A stretch of 58,692 nucleotides of DNA from Acidimicrobiales bacterium (GCA_036806345.1 DAIROT010000009.1:1-58692); one strand, 5' to 3'. Numbered from the stretch's first letter, positions 7,920 through 18,544 are shown. Numbers and translations: made by a program. The notes: generated by a model from the letters alone, not told the origin.

Positions 7920-8419
7920 TACCCGGAGTGGATGTACATGCATGGTATGCCCTCGGCGCGAAACATCTCCAGGTTGCGCCGATCGTCCTCGAACGCCAGA
8001 CGCAGCTGCAGGCCCCGGCTCCTGAGCTCGGCCACCGCCGCCCGCTTGAACCCGCTGGCCGCTCCCCGGTCACCGGCGGCGCGCATGATGAGCAGGTCCC
8101 AGCGCAGGCCGAAGCGCTCCAGCCAGGCCAACGTCTGAGGTTGCACGCGCATGGGCCGACCGGTGAGCAGCACGACCCCCAGGTCCTGGTCCAGGAGTCC
8201 CAGCAACCGGGCTACCTCCTCGATCAGGAGATCCTCCCCACAGGCGTCGAAGAACGCCCTCCAGTCCCGCTGGCCAGACGCCAGAAAATGTTGCCTGCTG
8301 GCGGCATCAGATAGAACGCCGTCCAAGTCGAACACCACCGCTGGGCCAGGGGCCACCGCTCCCGTGTGCCAGCGCCAGTGGGGGGGAACCGCCGAATCGG
8401 CCAGCTCCGACCGCTCCAT
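7910..8419 (-). CDS. HAD-superfamily phosphatase (polynucleotide 3'-phosphatase-like fold)
   Basis: 169 aa from MERSELAD. DxDG motif (VVFDLDGVLSD), LTGRP, and a C-terminal FEDD acidic motif. The ORF-track N-terminal extension to 8833 is judged spurious. Confidence 0.7.
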   Translation of the reverse strand: MERSELADSAVPPHWRWHTGAVAPGPAVVFDLDGVLSDAASRQHFLASGQRDWRAFFDACGEDLLIEEVARLLGLLDQDLGVVLLTGRPMRVQPQTLAWLERFGLRWDLLIMRAAGDRGAASGFKRAAVAELRSRGLQLRLAFEDDRRNLEMFRAEGIPCMYIHSGYYD

Positions 8420-8512
8420 CGGGGTCACCCTAGCCCTGGACAATCGCTCGGTCCGGCGTCCAGCAGCCGCCGAGAGCAACCCACTGCTCAGCAGGGGCAA
8501 GGGACTGACACA

Positions 8513-11500
8513 ATGGTGCCCGTGGTCCCGGCCGAGCAGGGTGACGGCATCCCAGTGATGGACGGCATCCCCGTTCCAGACGCCGTCAAAGTGACAGATG
8601 TGGTCGAAGTGCCTGACGTCATCGAGGTGGCCGTGGGAGTGGGCAGTCGGGTCATGGTGGTGAGCGATCTCCTGCTCGGGTCGCAAGCCACCCCGGTGTC
8701 GACCTCGATCAGCATCGAGCTGAGCCAGGCCATCACCCGTTGTGACGGCCCCGCCGTGCTGATCCTGGCCGGCAACCTGTTCGAGCTGCTGGCCACCGAT
8801 CGGCCCGACCCCCTGGCCGCCCTGACTGCCCATCCTGAGTTGACGGCGGCAGTGGTTGCCTTTGGCCGGGGCGTTGGGCGTCAGGTGCTGTGCCTGCCGG
8901 GCAGCCGTGACGGTCGCGTGGCCTGGGACGGCTCAGCCGGCCGAACGGTGGTCGAACGACTCGGCGCCAAGTTGGCCCTCGCCGTTGAGTTGCGAGTCGA
9001 GACCGGGGCTGGCACCCGGGAGGTCAGGGTGGAGCCCGGTCACCGTTTCGACCCCCGCAACGCGGTGGTGGACCCCCGCAGTCCGGCCGAGTCGCCCCTC
9101 GGACACCATGTGGCCAAGGAGATCCTCCCCAGTCTCGGACCAGCCGGCACGTGGCTGGCCGGGGCCGAAAGACTGAGCGATCCGAGCGCCTTTCCCCGCT
9201 TCTTCGCATCTCGACTGGTCTACCGACACCTGGCCCACTACGCCGGGTGGCTGCTGATCCCCTTCGTCCTGGCCATAGTGCTGGAGCTTCCCCTCACCTA
9301 CCTCATCCCGGGAGTGGGTCACCATCGCGCCGGCCTGGCCCCCTGGCCCCTGCGCCTGGTGGTGGTGGGAGCAACCACCACCGTCTATCTGGCACTGGTG
9401 CTGGTGGGTGCCCTGCTGGTGAGCCGGCGCACGTCGGCGGCCATCAGCGGGGCCGCCCTCGGGCCATCGGGTGGCCCCAACGACTCAGCCCGCGCCGAGG
9501 CCAGGGCGCTGGTCACCTCGGGCCATGCCGGCCTGATCACTGGCCACACCCGCCAACCGGAGCTGGCCATGCTCGGCCCGGGCTTTTACGCCAACACGGG
9601 AGCCGCGGGTGAGGTGGTCGACGAGCTGCCCGCCCGCATGGGTCTGCCTCCGGTGTTCCGTCATCGCCGGCTGCTCTCCTGGTTGGAGATCGAGGCGGGG
9701 GCCGACCTCCACGTACGCCTGCTCCATGCCCACCAGGATCTGGCCCACCAGGATCCAGTGTCAGCCAAGCCGGGCCGCCGGCCGGTCGAGCGTCTCATGG
9801 CCCGGGTGGGTCCCGTCCACGACTCCCGCCCGGTGGTCGTCGCCTCGTTCCCGCAGGGCTGCTCGTGGCCACCTGTTGCCGACACCAGTCGCCATCAGCG
9901 CAAGGCACGCCGGGCGGCGGCCGTCCTCATTGCCGCAGTCGGTCTCATCGACCTCGTCTCGGCCGTGACCCCCCCTCTCCGGGGACGCCTGGGCCTCGTG
10001 CTTGATCTTGTGCCGCTGAGCGTCTCCAAGGCGGCCACCGCCCTGGTGGCCCTGGCTGGACTGGGTCTGCTGGCCCTGGCTCAGGCGGTTAGGCGAGGCC
10101 AGCGCCAGGCCTGGGCGGTATCGCTGAGCCTCCTGGTCGGCACCAGCGTGGGCAACCTGGTCAAGGGTGGGGACTGGGAAGAGACCGCTGTGGCCCTGCT
10201 GGCGGCCTCGTACCTGGTGGCTACCCGGTCGTCTTTCGCGGCGGCCGTCGACCGACCGTCCCTGCGCCGGGGAGCCCTGACGGTGGTCACGGGAGCGATC
10301 GCCACCATCGTGGCCACCGTGGCCGCCCTCGAGGTGAGCCTCTCGGTGACTGATCATCGTCTCCTGGCTCCCGTCACCGCCGCCGAGGCGGTGGCCCAGC
10401 GCATGGTCGGGGTCCGCACCGTGGCCCTGCCCCACCGGGTGGGCGACTTCCTCAACCCGGCGCTGTTGGGAGTAGGAGTGGGCCTGGCCATCCTGCTGCT
10501 GGCCCTGGCCTTTCGCCCGGTGGTCAACGCCGGACTGGCCGCCTTGGCCCCGACCGCCGCCCTGGCCACCATCCGAGCTCGCGAGGTCGTGCGCCGCAAC
10601 GGTCAGGGCACCCTGGACTACTTCGCTCTACGGGCCGACAAGACCCACTTCTTCTGGCACGCCAGCCTGGTGGCCTACGGCGTCTACGGCAGCGTCTGTC
10701 TCGTGTCACCGGACCCCATCGGACCGGAGGCAGAGCGGGACGGGGTATGGGCTTCTTTTCGCAAATTTGCCGACGCTCAGGGCTGGACGGTAGCGGTGCT
10801 GGGGGCGGCTGAGGCGTGGCTCCCGGTCTACCGCTCGACCGGCATGCACGACCTTTACCTGGGCGACGAAGGGGTGGTCGACGTCACCTCCTTCTCCCTG
10901 GCGGGTGGTCACCACAAGGGCCTGCGCCAAGCGGTGAACCGCATCGCCAAGTACGGCTACACCATCTCCTTCCACGATCCCGCCCACCTCGACCCCGAGC
11001 TGGCCACCCGCGTCAGGGCGGTCATGACCAAGAGCCGCCGGGGCGACGTCGAGCGCGGCTTCTCCATGACCCTGGGGAGGATATTCGACCCCAACGACCA
11101 GGGCCTGCTGCTGGCGGTGGCCAGTGGGCCGGATGGCGAGCCGGTGGCATTTTGCCAGTTCGTCCCGGCTCCGGGGATCAACGGCTACTCCCTCGACCTC
11201 ATGCGCCGGGACGACGGCGACCATCCCAACGGCCTGCTCGACTTCGTGGTGGTGAGGACCATCGAGCACCTGCGTCAGGAGGGGATGCAGGGCCTGGGGC
11301 TCAACTTCGCCACCATGCGGGCGGTGCTGGCCGGGGAGACCGGCGAGTCCCTGCCCCAGCGAGCCCAGCGCTGGGTGCTGCGGCGCATGTCGGGATCGAT
11401 GCAGATCGAGTCCCTGTGGCGCTTCAACTCGAAGTTCGATCCAACCTGGCAGCCCCGGTACGGGGTTTACGACGCCCCCGAGCACGCCCTGGCGGTGGCC

Positions 11501-11635
11501 ATGGCCATTGCCCGGGCTGAGTCCTTCTGGGAGCTGCCGGTCATCGGCCGATTCCTGATGCCAGATGACGCGAAAAAGGGCTCTTCCGACGTCACCTCCC
11601 CTGCCCCCGTCAAGTCGGCGGCGCCCCCGCGCTGA
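8513..11635 (+). CDS. Large membrane protein: degenerate metallophosphoesterase-like N-domain + multi-TM region + C-terminal DUF2156 (MprF/LysX-type aminoacyl-phosphatidylglycerol synthase) domain; start uncertain
   Basis: The C-terminal ~330 aa (GQGTLDYFALRADK...GFSMTLGRIFDP...GYSLDLMRR...LNFATMRAVLAG...ESLWRFNSKFDPTWQPRY) match the DUF2156 pattern. At least 8 TM helices in the middle. The N-terminus VMVVSDLLLG...LILAGNLFE...LPGSRDG...GHRFD looks like metallophosphoesterase motifs with substituted metal ligands. Confidence 0.75.
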   Translation: MVPVVPAEQGDGIPVMDGIPVPDAVKVTDVVEVPDVIEVAVGVGSRVMVVSDLLLGSQATPVSTSISIELSQAITRCDGPAVLILAGNLFELLATDRPDPLAALTAHPELTAAVVAFGRGVGRQVLCLPGSRDGRVAWDGSAGRTVVERLGAKLALAVELRVETGAGTREVRVEPGHRFDPRNAVVDPRSPAESPLGHHVAKEILPSLGPAGTWLAGAERLSDPSAFPRFFASRLVYRHLAHYAGWLLIPFVLAIVLELPLTYLIPGVGHHRAGLAPWPLRLVVVGATTTVYLALVLVGALLVSRRTSAAISGAALGPSGGPNDSARAEARALVTSGHAGLITGHTRQPELAMLGPGFYANTGAAGEVVDELPARMGLPPVFRHRRLLSWLEIEAGADLHVRLLHAHQDLAHQDPVSAKPGRRPVERLMARVGPVHDSRPVVVASFPQGCSWPPVADTSRHQRKARRAAAVLIAAVGLIDLVSAVTPPLRGRLGLVLDLVPLSVSKAATALVALAGLGLLALAQAVRRGQRQAWAVSLSLLVGTSVGNLVKGGDWEETAVALLAASYLVATRSSFAAAVDRPSLRRGALTVVTGAIATIVATVAALEVSLSVTDHRLLAPVTAAEAVAQRMVGVRTVALPHRVGDFLNPALLGVGVGLAILLLALAFRPVVNAGLAALAPTAALATIRAREVVRRNGQGTLDYFALRADKTHFFWHASLVAYGVYGSVCLVSPDPIGPEAERDGVWASFRKFADAQGWTVAVLGAAEAWLPVYRSTGMHDLYLGDEGVVDVTSFSLAGGHHKGLRQAVNRIAKYGYTISFHDPAHLDPELATRVRAVMTKSRRGDVERGFSMTLGRIFDPNDQGLLLAVASGPDGEPVAFCQFVPAPGINGYSLDLMRRDDGDHPNGLLDFVVVRTIEHLRQEGMQGLGLNFATMRAVLAGETGESLPQRAQRWVLRRMSGSMQIESLWRFNSKFDPTWQPRYGVYDAPEHALAVAMAIARAESFWELPVIGRFLMPDDAKKGSSDVTSPAPVKSAAPPR

Positions 11636-11641
11636 GCCGTC

Positions 11642-13376
11642 TCAGAACAGCAGGGTGGCGCTGTGGGCAAAGTCGATGAGGGGCGCCGGATACAGGCCGA
11701 ACACCACAGTGACCGTCGCACACAGCCCCAGGGCCACCGCCAGCGAGGCCGGCACCGGGACCCGCTCGAGACTGGGCGCCACGTCGTCCTGGGCAGCCAC
11801 CAACAGGGCGACGCCGGCGGCCTGGGCTGATGCTGGCTCGCCGGGAACCGGGTCGCTGGCGGTGGCGGTGGCGGCCACGGCCGGCTGGCGCGCCACCTGG
11901 CATCCCCGCCGCGGCCTGGGTGATCCTGGGCTCAGTGACCGCCGGCTGGTCGTCCACCGCCAGCACCCGATCGGCCCCCACCACATCGGCTCCCTCCCCG
12001 GCACCCACATACATGAGCACGATGAGGCGCAGGTAGAAAAAGGCGGCGGTGACGGCCGACACCATGGCGATGATGGCCAGGGCGTAGGAGCCGCTGCCCA
12101 CCGCCGCCGCGATCACGTAGAACTTGGCCAGGAATCCAGTGGTGAAGGGGATACCGGCCTGGGCGGCCAGGAACAGGGTGAACACCAGGGCCAGGGCGGG
12201 TTGGCGTCGGGCCAGGCCCCGGTAGGCATCCAGGGTGTGGTTGGCGTCGCCGGTGCGCCCAACCGCGGTGACCACCGCGAAGCTGCCCACCACCATGAAG
12301 GTGTAGGCAAAGAGGTAGTAGAGCGATCCGGCGATCCCGGTGGCGCTGGCAGCCACCAGCCCCACGAGGACGAACCCGGCGTGGTTGATCGACGAGTAGG
12401 CCAGCATTCGCTTGACGTCCCGCTGGACCACGGCCGCCACCGCACCGACCAGCAAGGTGATGGCGGCGATGACCAGCACGGCTGGCTCCCAGTCCGACCG
12501 CAGCACCGAGAAGCTGGAGAAGAACACCCGCAGCAGGCCGGCGAAGCCCCCCGCCTTGGCCACCGCGGCCATGAAGGCGGTAGCCGGTGTGGGGGCGCCC
12601 TGGTAGACGTCGGGAGTCCAGGTGTGGAAGGGGACGGCCGCCACCTTGAAGCCCAGGCCGACCAGCAGGAGGGCGAGGCCGGCCAGGAGGACGCCATTGG
12701 AGGTGAGGACATTGGCAGCCAGGAAGGAGGCCACCTTGGCCAGGTTGGTGGAACCGGTCGCTCCGTAGACCAGGGCGATGCCATAGAGGAACAGCGCCGA
12801 GGAGAAAGCGCCGAGGATGAAGTACTTCATGGCCGCCTCCCCCGACTGGCTGCGCCGGGAGTGGTAGCCGGTCATGACGTAAAGGGCGATGGACAGGATC
12901 TCCAGCCCGAGGAAGATGACGATGAGGTCGTTGGCGGCGGCCATGAGCATGGCCCCGGAGGCCGAGAGAAGGGCCAGGACATAGAACTCGGGGCCCTCGA
13001 GATCCTCACGACGCAGGTACGACTCAGTGGTGAGCGCGCTCACCACCAGGGCACATGACACCAGGACGAGGAAGAAGACGCTGAAGCCGTCCACCGAGAT
13101 GGCGCCGGCCACGGCCAGGTAGCCGGGCCGGTGGTGATTGACCTTCTCCCACAACGACAGCGAGGCCACCAGGGCGGCCACCGAGACCGCCACCGTGTAG
13201 GCGGCATACATGCCCCGGGGCGCCCGCCTCTTGGTCAGAGAGGCCAGAGCCAGCAGGGCCAGCGCACCACCGATGAGGATCAGCTCGGGCAGGATGGCCG
13301 AGTAGGCCACCGGCGGACGGGCCAAGGGGGTGGTGGGAGCCACCTGGCCCAGCGCACCCAGCAGGGCCAGGCTCAT
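11642..13376 (-). CDS. nuoN: NADH-quinone oxidoreductase subunit N, reading frame interrupted (about +1 shift near 11895-11910)
   Basis: The N-terminal ~490 aa lie in the frame of ORF 11610..13700, starting MSLALLGALGQ at 13376 with an ATGA overlap to nuoM. The conserved C-terminus PASLAVALGLCATVTVVFGLYPAPLIDFAHSATLLF is in the frame of ORF 11642..12010. Confidence 0.8.
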
Positions 13377-14926
13377 CGAGCTCCTCCGAGGGCGCTGGTG
13401 GTCCCGGCCGGCCGACTGGACTGAGTCGCCACCACCGGATAGTGCTTCCCGCTTCCGACGTCGATGTGGTGCACGAGGGCGTTGACCGACGGAGTGATGC
13501 GGTCGAGCAGGGGTCGGGGATAGACGCCGATGAACACGATGGCCATCACCAGTGGCGCCATCACCGCCCCCTCCTTCCATGTCATCTCTCGAAACAGGGC
13601 GTTGTCTCCCCGAGGCCGGCCGTGGAAGATCTGCTGGTAGGCCCACAGGAGATACACGGCGGCCAGGATCACCCCGGCCGTGCCGACCACCGCCCACCAC
13701 CGGTGGGTCACAAAGGTGCCGATCAGGATGAGGAACTCACCTACGAACCCGTTGAGCCCCGGCAGGCCGATGGAGGCCATCATCACCAGCGTGAACACGC
13801 CGGCCATGATGGGGGCCGGGCGCTGCAGGCCGTGCAGGTCGGGGATCTGCCAGGTCCGCCGGCGCTCGTAGATCATCCCCACCAGGAGGAACAGCGCAGC
13901 GGTATAGAGGCCGTGATTGAGCATCTGGAGCACCCCGCCCGAGATGCCCTGATTGGTGAAGGCAAAGGTGCCCAGCACGATGAAACCGAGGTGAGCCAGA
14001 GACGAGTAAGCCACCAGGCGCTTGAGATCCTTCTGGGCGGCCGCCACCACCGCTCCATAGATGATCCCTATGACCGCCAGGGTGAGCAGCACCGGAGCCA
14101 GGGTGACGGCCGCCTTGGGGAAGAGCTGGAAGTCGAACCGGACGATCCCGTATGTGCCCAGCTTGGCCATGACAGCGGCCAGGATGACCGAACCGCCCGC
14201 CGGGGCCTCGGTGTAGGCGTCGGGTGACCAGGTGTGCAACGGGAATATCGGCGCCTTGACGGCGAAGGCGGCGGTGAAGGCCAGGAGAAGGACGATCCCC
14301 ACCACCGACGAGTACTGCTGGGAGGACAGGGCCGTCAGGTCAAAGGTGAGGCTGCCACTGTGGCGCTGGTGGATGAAGACCACGGCCAACAGGCCGATGA
14401 GCAGGAACGCCGAGCCCAGGAAGGTGTAGAGGAAGAACTTGATGGCGGCGTAGCCCCGCCGGGAGAAGCCCCACCCTCCGATGATGAAGTAGGTGGGGAC
14501 CAGCGACAGCTCGAAGAACAGGAAGAAGAAGAGAAGATCCAGGGACAAGAAGCTGCCCAGGCAGGCCGTCTCCAGCAGCAGCATCCAGGCCACGAAGGCC
14601 TTGGGATCGCGCCTCACCCTGGCGCCGGCCAGCGTGACGGGGAAGAGGATCCCGCACAGCAGGACCAGGAACAGAGATATACCGTCCACACCCAGGTTCC
14701 ACGAGATGCCGAATGACCTGATCCAGGTGTGCCTGCTCACCATCTGGAAGCCCGGCTCGCCCACCCGGAAGTGCACGGCCAGGGCCACGGCCAGGCTACC
14801 CACCGCCACCGAGGCGACCATGCCCAGACCCTGGATCACCTTGGGCCGCGAGCGCGGCACCAGGGCCACCAGCAACGCGGCTCCGGCCGGCAACAGCACC
14901 ACGGTGGTTAGGTACGGGAAGGTCAT
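13373..14926 (-). CDS. nuoM: NADH-quinone oxidoreductase subunit M
   Basis: 517 aa polytopic antiporter-like subunit (LHTWSPDAYTEAPAGGSVILA...AYSSLAHLGFIVLG), positioned between nuoL and nuoN. Confidence 0.95.
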   Translation of the reverse strand: MTFPYLTTVVLLPAGAALLVALVPRSRPKVIQGLGMVASVAVGSLAVALAVHFRVGEPGFQMVSRHTWIRSFGISWNLGVDGISLFLVLLCGILFPVTLAGARVRRDPKAFVAWMLLLETACLGSFLSLDLLFFFLFFELSLVPTYFIIGGWGFSRRGYAAIKFFLYTFLGSAFLLIGLLAVVFIHQRHSGSLTFDLTALSSQQYSSVVGIVLLLAFTAAFAVKAPIFPLHTWSPDAYTEAPAGGSVILAAVMAKLGTYGIVRFDFQLFPKAAVTLAPVLLTLAVIGIIYGAVVAAAQKDLKRLVAYSSLAHLGFIVLGTFAFTNQGISGGVLQMLNHGLYTAALFLLVGMIYERRRTWQIPDLHGLQRPAPIMAGVFTLVMMASIGLPGLNGFVGEFLILIGTFVTHRWWAVVGTAGVILAAVYLLWAYQQIFHGRPRGDNALFREMTWKEGAVMAPLVMAIVFIGVYPRPLLDRITPSVNALVHHIDVGSGKHYPVVATQSSRPAGTTSALGGAR

Positions 14927-16881
14927 GAGGTCGACCGAGTGACTACCCAGGCCAGCAGGCCGACCACCCCGGCTGCCACCCCCAGGGCGTAATTACGCAC
15001 GAATCCGGTCTGGACCTGGCGCAGGCGATCGGCGCCGCTACGAACCAGAGTGGCGGTCCCGTTCACCGCCCCGTCGATGACCCGCCGGTCGAACACGTAG
15101 GCCGAGAAGGCGGCCAGGGCTGTCCCCGGTCGGGCGATGAGCGAGTCGTAGAGGTCGTCGATGCGCCAGCCCCGTAGCAGGAACCTGGGCTCCAGGCGCG
15201 GGCGGTCCCATTGGGGTAGCCACACCCGCAGGGCCAGGCCGACCCCGACGACAGCCAGCACGGCATCCAAGATGCCCAGGCCCACCTTGAAGGTTGCCGA
15301 CTGGCTCTCGACCCGCAGGGACGAGCCGAAGACGGGATCGAGCCAATGGCTGAGGAAGGGCAGGGTGGGGTGGAAGGGCAGGTTGATCAGGCCTCCGAGG
15401 AAGGACAGGGCGGCCAGCACCACTAGCGGTGCCCGCATCACCCACCGCGGATCGTGGGGCTCGGCCAAGGAGGCCCCGGCGCCGGCGCTGGCGGCCCCTA
15501 CGCCGGCGGCCTGGGCGCTGGGAACCGTGGCTCGGGCTCCGCCAGCCACCCCTCGCCAACGGTCGGGGCCGTAGAAGGCCAGGACCGTCTCCCGGCCCAT
15601 GTAGTAGGCGGTCAGGGCAGCGGTCACGGCACCCACCGCCCACAGGCCCGGGCTCAGGGCGTAGGCATTGAGCAGGACGTCGCTCTTGGACCAGAAGCCG
15701 GCGAAGGGTGGCACCCCGGCGATGGCCAGCCAGCCCACGATGAAGGTGAGGGCAGTGACCGGCATGAGCTTGCGGAGGTTGCCCATGCGCCGGAGGTCCT
15801 GCTCGTCGTGCAGGCCATGCATCACCGACCCGGCTCCGAGGAACAGCAGAGCCTTGTAGAAGGCGTGGGTCACCATCAAGAAGATGGCTGCCACATAGGC
15901 TCGGGCTCCCACGGCCAGGAACATGTAGCCCAGCTGGGACACGGTGGAGTAGGCCAGTACCCGCTTGATGTCGGTCTGGGCGCAGGCGGCGGTGGCCGCC
16001 AGGAAGGCAGTTGCCGCTCCCACGCACGCCACCACCAGGAGCGCCGACGAGCTGAGGCTCAAGATGGGACTGATACGGGCCATCAGGTAGACCCCGGCGG
16101 TGACCATGGTGGCCGCGTGGATCAGGGCCGAGACCGGAGTGGGGCCTTCCATGGCATCCAACAGCCACGGGAACAGCGGGATCTGGGCCGACTTGCCCAC
16201 CGCCCCCAGGAAGAGCAGCAGGGCGATGGCAGTAAGGGTGGTGCCCGAGAGGTGCCCGACGGCTGCGAACACCCCGGAGTAGGTGAGGGTGTGGGTAGCG
16301 GTGAAGATCACGAACATGGCGATCAGGAAGCCAAAGTCGCCGATCCGATTGAAGACGAAGGCCTTCTTGCCGGCGCTGGCCGCCATGTCCCGGTCGAACC
16401 AGAAGGCGATCAGCCAGTAGGAGCAGGCCCCCACGCCCTCCCATCCCAGGAAGGAGAGCACGAAATTGTCGGCCAGGACCAGCACCAACATGGAGAAGAC
16501 GAACAGGTTGAGGTAGACGAAGAAGGACGGGAACTTCTCGTCGTGCTCCATGTAGCCGATGGAGTAGAGGTGGATCAGGGTACTCACCCCGGTGACGAAC
16601 AGGGCCATGGTCATGGACAGCGGGTCGACCAGGAAGGCGGCGTTGATCCGCAGACCGCCGACCGGGATCCATGCGAACAGCACCTGGGTGAAGGCCCGGT
16701 GATGCGATCCGAGGCTGGCCAGGCCGGCGAAGGTCACCACCGTGGCCACGAAGGATGCTCCTACCGCGGCGGTGGCCAGCCAGCCGGCCAGAGGATTGCC
16801 CAACCGGCGCCCGCCGACCAGCAGCACGGCAAACCCGACCAGGGGGAGGAGCGGGATGAGGTAGGCGGCGTGGACCATCAC
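14923..16881 (-). CDS. nuoL: NADH-quinone oxidoreductase subunit L
   Basis: 652 aa with antiporter-like motifs (GWEGVGACSYWLIAFW, LLFLGAVGKSAQIPLFPWLLDAMEGPTPVSALIHAATMVTAG) and the long C-terminal lateral-helix region. Confidence 0.95.
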   Translation of the reverse strand: MMVHAAYLIPLLPLVGFAVLLVGGRRLGNPLAGWLATAAVGASFVATVVTFAGLASLGSHHRAFTQVLFAWIPVGGLRINAAFLVDPLSMTMALFVTGVSTLIHLYSIGYMEHDEKFPSFFVYLNLFVFSMLVLVLADNFVLSFLGWEGVGACSYWLIAFWFDRDMAASAGKKAFVFNRIGDFGFLIAMFVIFTATHTLTYSGVFAAVGHLSGTTLTAIALLLFLGAVGKSAQIPLFPWLLDAMEGPTPVSALIHAATMVTAGVYLMARISPILSLSSSALLVVACVGAATAFLAATAACAQTDIKRVLAYSTVSQLGYMFLAVGARAYVAAIFLMVTHAFYKALLFLGAGSVMHGLHDEQDLRRMGNLRKLMPVTALTFIVGWLAIAGVPPFAGFWSKSDVLLNAYALSPGLWAVGAVTAALTAYYMGRETVLAFYGPDRWRGVAGGARATVPSAQAAGVGAASAGAGASLAEPHDPRWVMRAPLVVLAALSFLGGLINLPFHPTLPFLSHWLDPVFGSSLRVESQSATFKVGLGILDAVLAVVGVGLALRVWLPQWDRPRLEPRFLLRGWRIDDLYDSLIARPGTALAAFSAYVFDRRVIDGAVNGTATLVRSGADRLRQVQTGFVRNYALGVAAGVVGLLAWVVTRSTS

Positions 16882-16920
16882 GATTGTCGGGCCATCGATT
16901 GGGCAGACATGACGGGGGCG

Positions 16921-17223
16921 TCAGCCCCTCAGCAGGTGGAAGTCGTCAGCGGTGGCGGCCGTGCGCCGCCGGCAGATGGCCACGATGATCCCCAGCCCCA
17001 CCACAACCTCGGCCGCCGCCACCAGCAGCACGAACAGCACCAGCGATTGGCCGCCGATGTCGTTGAGCATTCGGGAGAAGGTGACAAAGGTCAGGTTCAC
17101 CGCGTTGAGCATCAGCTCCACGCACATGAACATGACCAGCACGTTGCGCCGGACCAGCAGGCCGACGGTACCAATGGTGAAGATGGCCGCCGCCAGGACC
17201 AGGTAGGGGGGGCCAGCGACCAT
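16921..17223 (-). CDS. nuoK: NADH-quinone oxidoreductase subunit K
   Basis: 100 aa, 3 TM helices, motif [15 protein letters not shown]...[14 protein letters not shown]. Confidence 0.95.
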   Translation of the reverse strand: MVAGPPYLVLAAAIFTIGTVGLLVRRNVLVMFMCVELMLNAVNLTFVTFSRMLNDIGGQSLVLFVLLVAAAEVVVGLGIIVAICRRRTAATADDFHLLRG

Positions 17224-17876
17224 TACCCCTGCTCCCCCGATGCGACCTCGGACGGTTCGGCGCTGGGCGTCTGGCCTCGACTGGTATCGCCGCCGGTGGG
17301 CAGGTCGGAGATACTGACCTGCTGCCTCGACCGCCCGGGCAGGCGCCGGGACAGCACCACCGCCCCCACCACGGCGATGACCAGCAGCACCGAGGTGGCC
17401 TCGAAGGGGATCAGGTAGGTGGTGAAGATGGACCGGGCCAGCTTCTCGATGTTGCTCCCCGGCCCCCCAGCCGGGCCGGCCACCGACCGGGCGCCAGTGG
17501 CCCAGCTGGCCGTGGACGCCAGGTACAGGATCAGACCCAGGGCGGCCAGGCCCAAGATCACAGCCAGCGGCCTCTGCCCGGGCAGTGGGTCCCGGGCCAT
17601 CATCTCCTCCCGGTCCACCCCCAGCAGCATGATCACGAACAAGAACAGCACCACGATGGCCCCGGCGTAGACGATCACCTGGACCACCGCCAGGAACTGG
17701 GCATCCTGGATGACGAATAGCACCGCCACTCCAAAAAGGGTCATGACCAGCATGAGGGCTGAGTGGACGGGATTGCGGGCCACCACCACCCCGAGGGCGC
17801 CCACCACCACGATGATGGCCGAGACCACGAACGTGAACAGGTTCGACGTCACCGCCAGGAGCAGGGGATGGGGCAT
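17223..17876 (-). CDS. nuoJ: NADH-quinone oxidoreductase subunit J
   Basis: 217 aa. N-terminus [56 protein letters not shown] is typical of NuoJ. Confidence 0.93.
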   Translation of the reverse strand: MPHPLLLAVTSNLFTFVVSAIIVVVGALGVVVARNPVHSALMLVMTLFGVAVLFVIQDAQFLAVVQVIVYAGAIVVLFLFVIMLLGVDREEMMARDPLPGQRPLAVILGLAALGLILYLASTASWATGARSVAGPAGGPGSNIEKLARSIFTTYLIPFEATSVLLVIAVVGAVVLSRRLPGRSRQQVSISDLPTGGDTSRGQTPSAEPSEVASGEQG

Positions 17877-18544
17877 CAGCGACGATCCTTGCGGGTCAGC
17901 AGGTGTGAGGCCATGACCTTGCGCACCGACACGTTTCCGGTGGCCTCGTCGTTGTCGGGGCCCGACTGACCGGACTCGGCCGGACGCTCCCCGTAACCCA
18001 GCTCACCGGACCACTCCTGTTGGCCCTCGTAGGCAGCCGAGCCCGATGGTGAGGTGGCCCGCATCCACGCCGAGGTACGCAGGTCATCTCCGGGGCGCCA
18101 GTCCTCCCACGGCAGGTGCTGAGGTCGGCCGTCGTCTCCGACCAGCAGCTCGGCCCGGGTGTAGATGGCGTCGGCCCGGTTGGTGAAGGAGAATTCGAAC
18201 ATCTTTGACTCGGTGATGGCCTCCGTCGGGCAGGCCTCGACGCACAGGTCGCAGTGGATGCAGCGCAGGTAGTTGATCTCGTAGACGAAGCCCCAGCGCT
18301 CCCCGGGCGAGACCGGTGCATCGGGCGGGTTGTCAGCGCCCCGGACGTAGATGCACCCGGCTGGGCACACCCCGGCACACAGCTCGCAGCCGATGCACTT
18401 CTCCATGCCGTCCTCGTAGCGGTTGAGCACGTGGCGCCCGTGGTAGCGGGGGGGCTTGGGCCGCTTCTCGTCCGGGTACGACCGCGTCACCCGGGGCTTG
18501 ACCATCTGGCGAGCGGTAACGCGAAAGCCGTCGAAGAATCCCAT
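17876..18544 (-). CDS. nuoI: NADH-quinone oxidoreductase subunit I (2x[4Fe-4S] ferredoxin)
   Basis: Two CxxCxxCxxxCP motifs ([24 protein letters not shown]) plus a C-terminal low-complexity extension. Confidence 0.95.
   Translation of the reverse strand: MGFFDGFRVTARQMVKPRVTRSYPDEKRPKPPRYHGRHVLNRYEDGMEKCIGCELCAGVCPAGCIYVRGADNPPDAPVSPGERWGFVYEINYLRCIHCDLCVEACPTEAITESKMFEFSFTNRADAIYTRAELLVGDDGRPQHLPWEDWRPGDDLRTSAWMRATSPSGSAAYEGQQEWSGELGYGERPAESGQSGPDNDEATGNVSVRKVMASHLLTRKDRR

Noticed and set aside
11565-13058. 497-aa plus-strand ORF opposite nuoN. Similar long antisense ORFs lie opposite other genes: 13442..14227, 15454..17418, 19414..20031, 20205..21578, 22005..23903, 24571..25797, 30167..31705, 41761..42837, 52632..53639.
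   Set aside because: These are typical high-GC shadow ORFs. They are Arg/Gly/Pro/His-rich with no domain signatures, and each lies exactly opposite a strongly supported conserved gene whose frame carries the third-position G/C bias.
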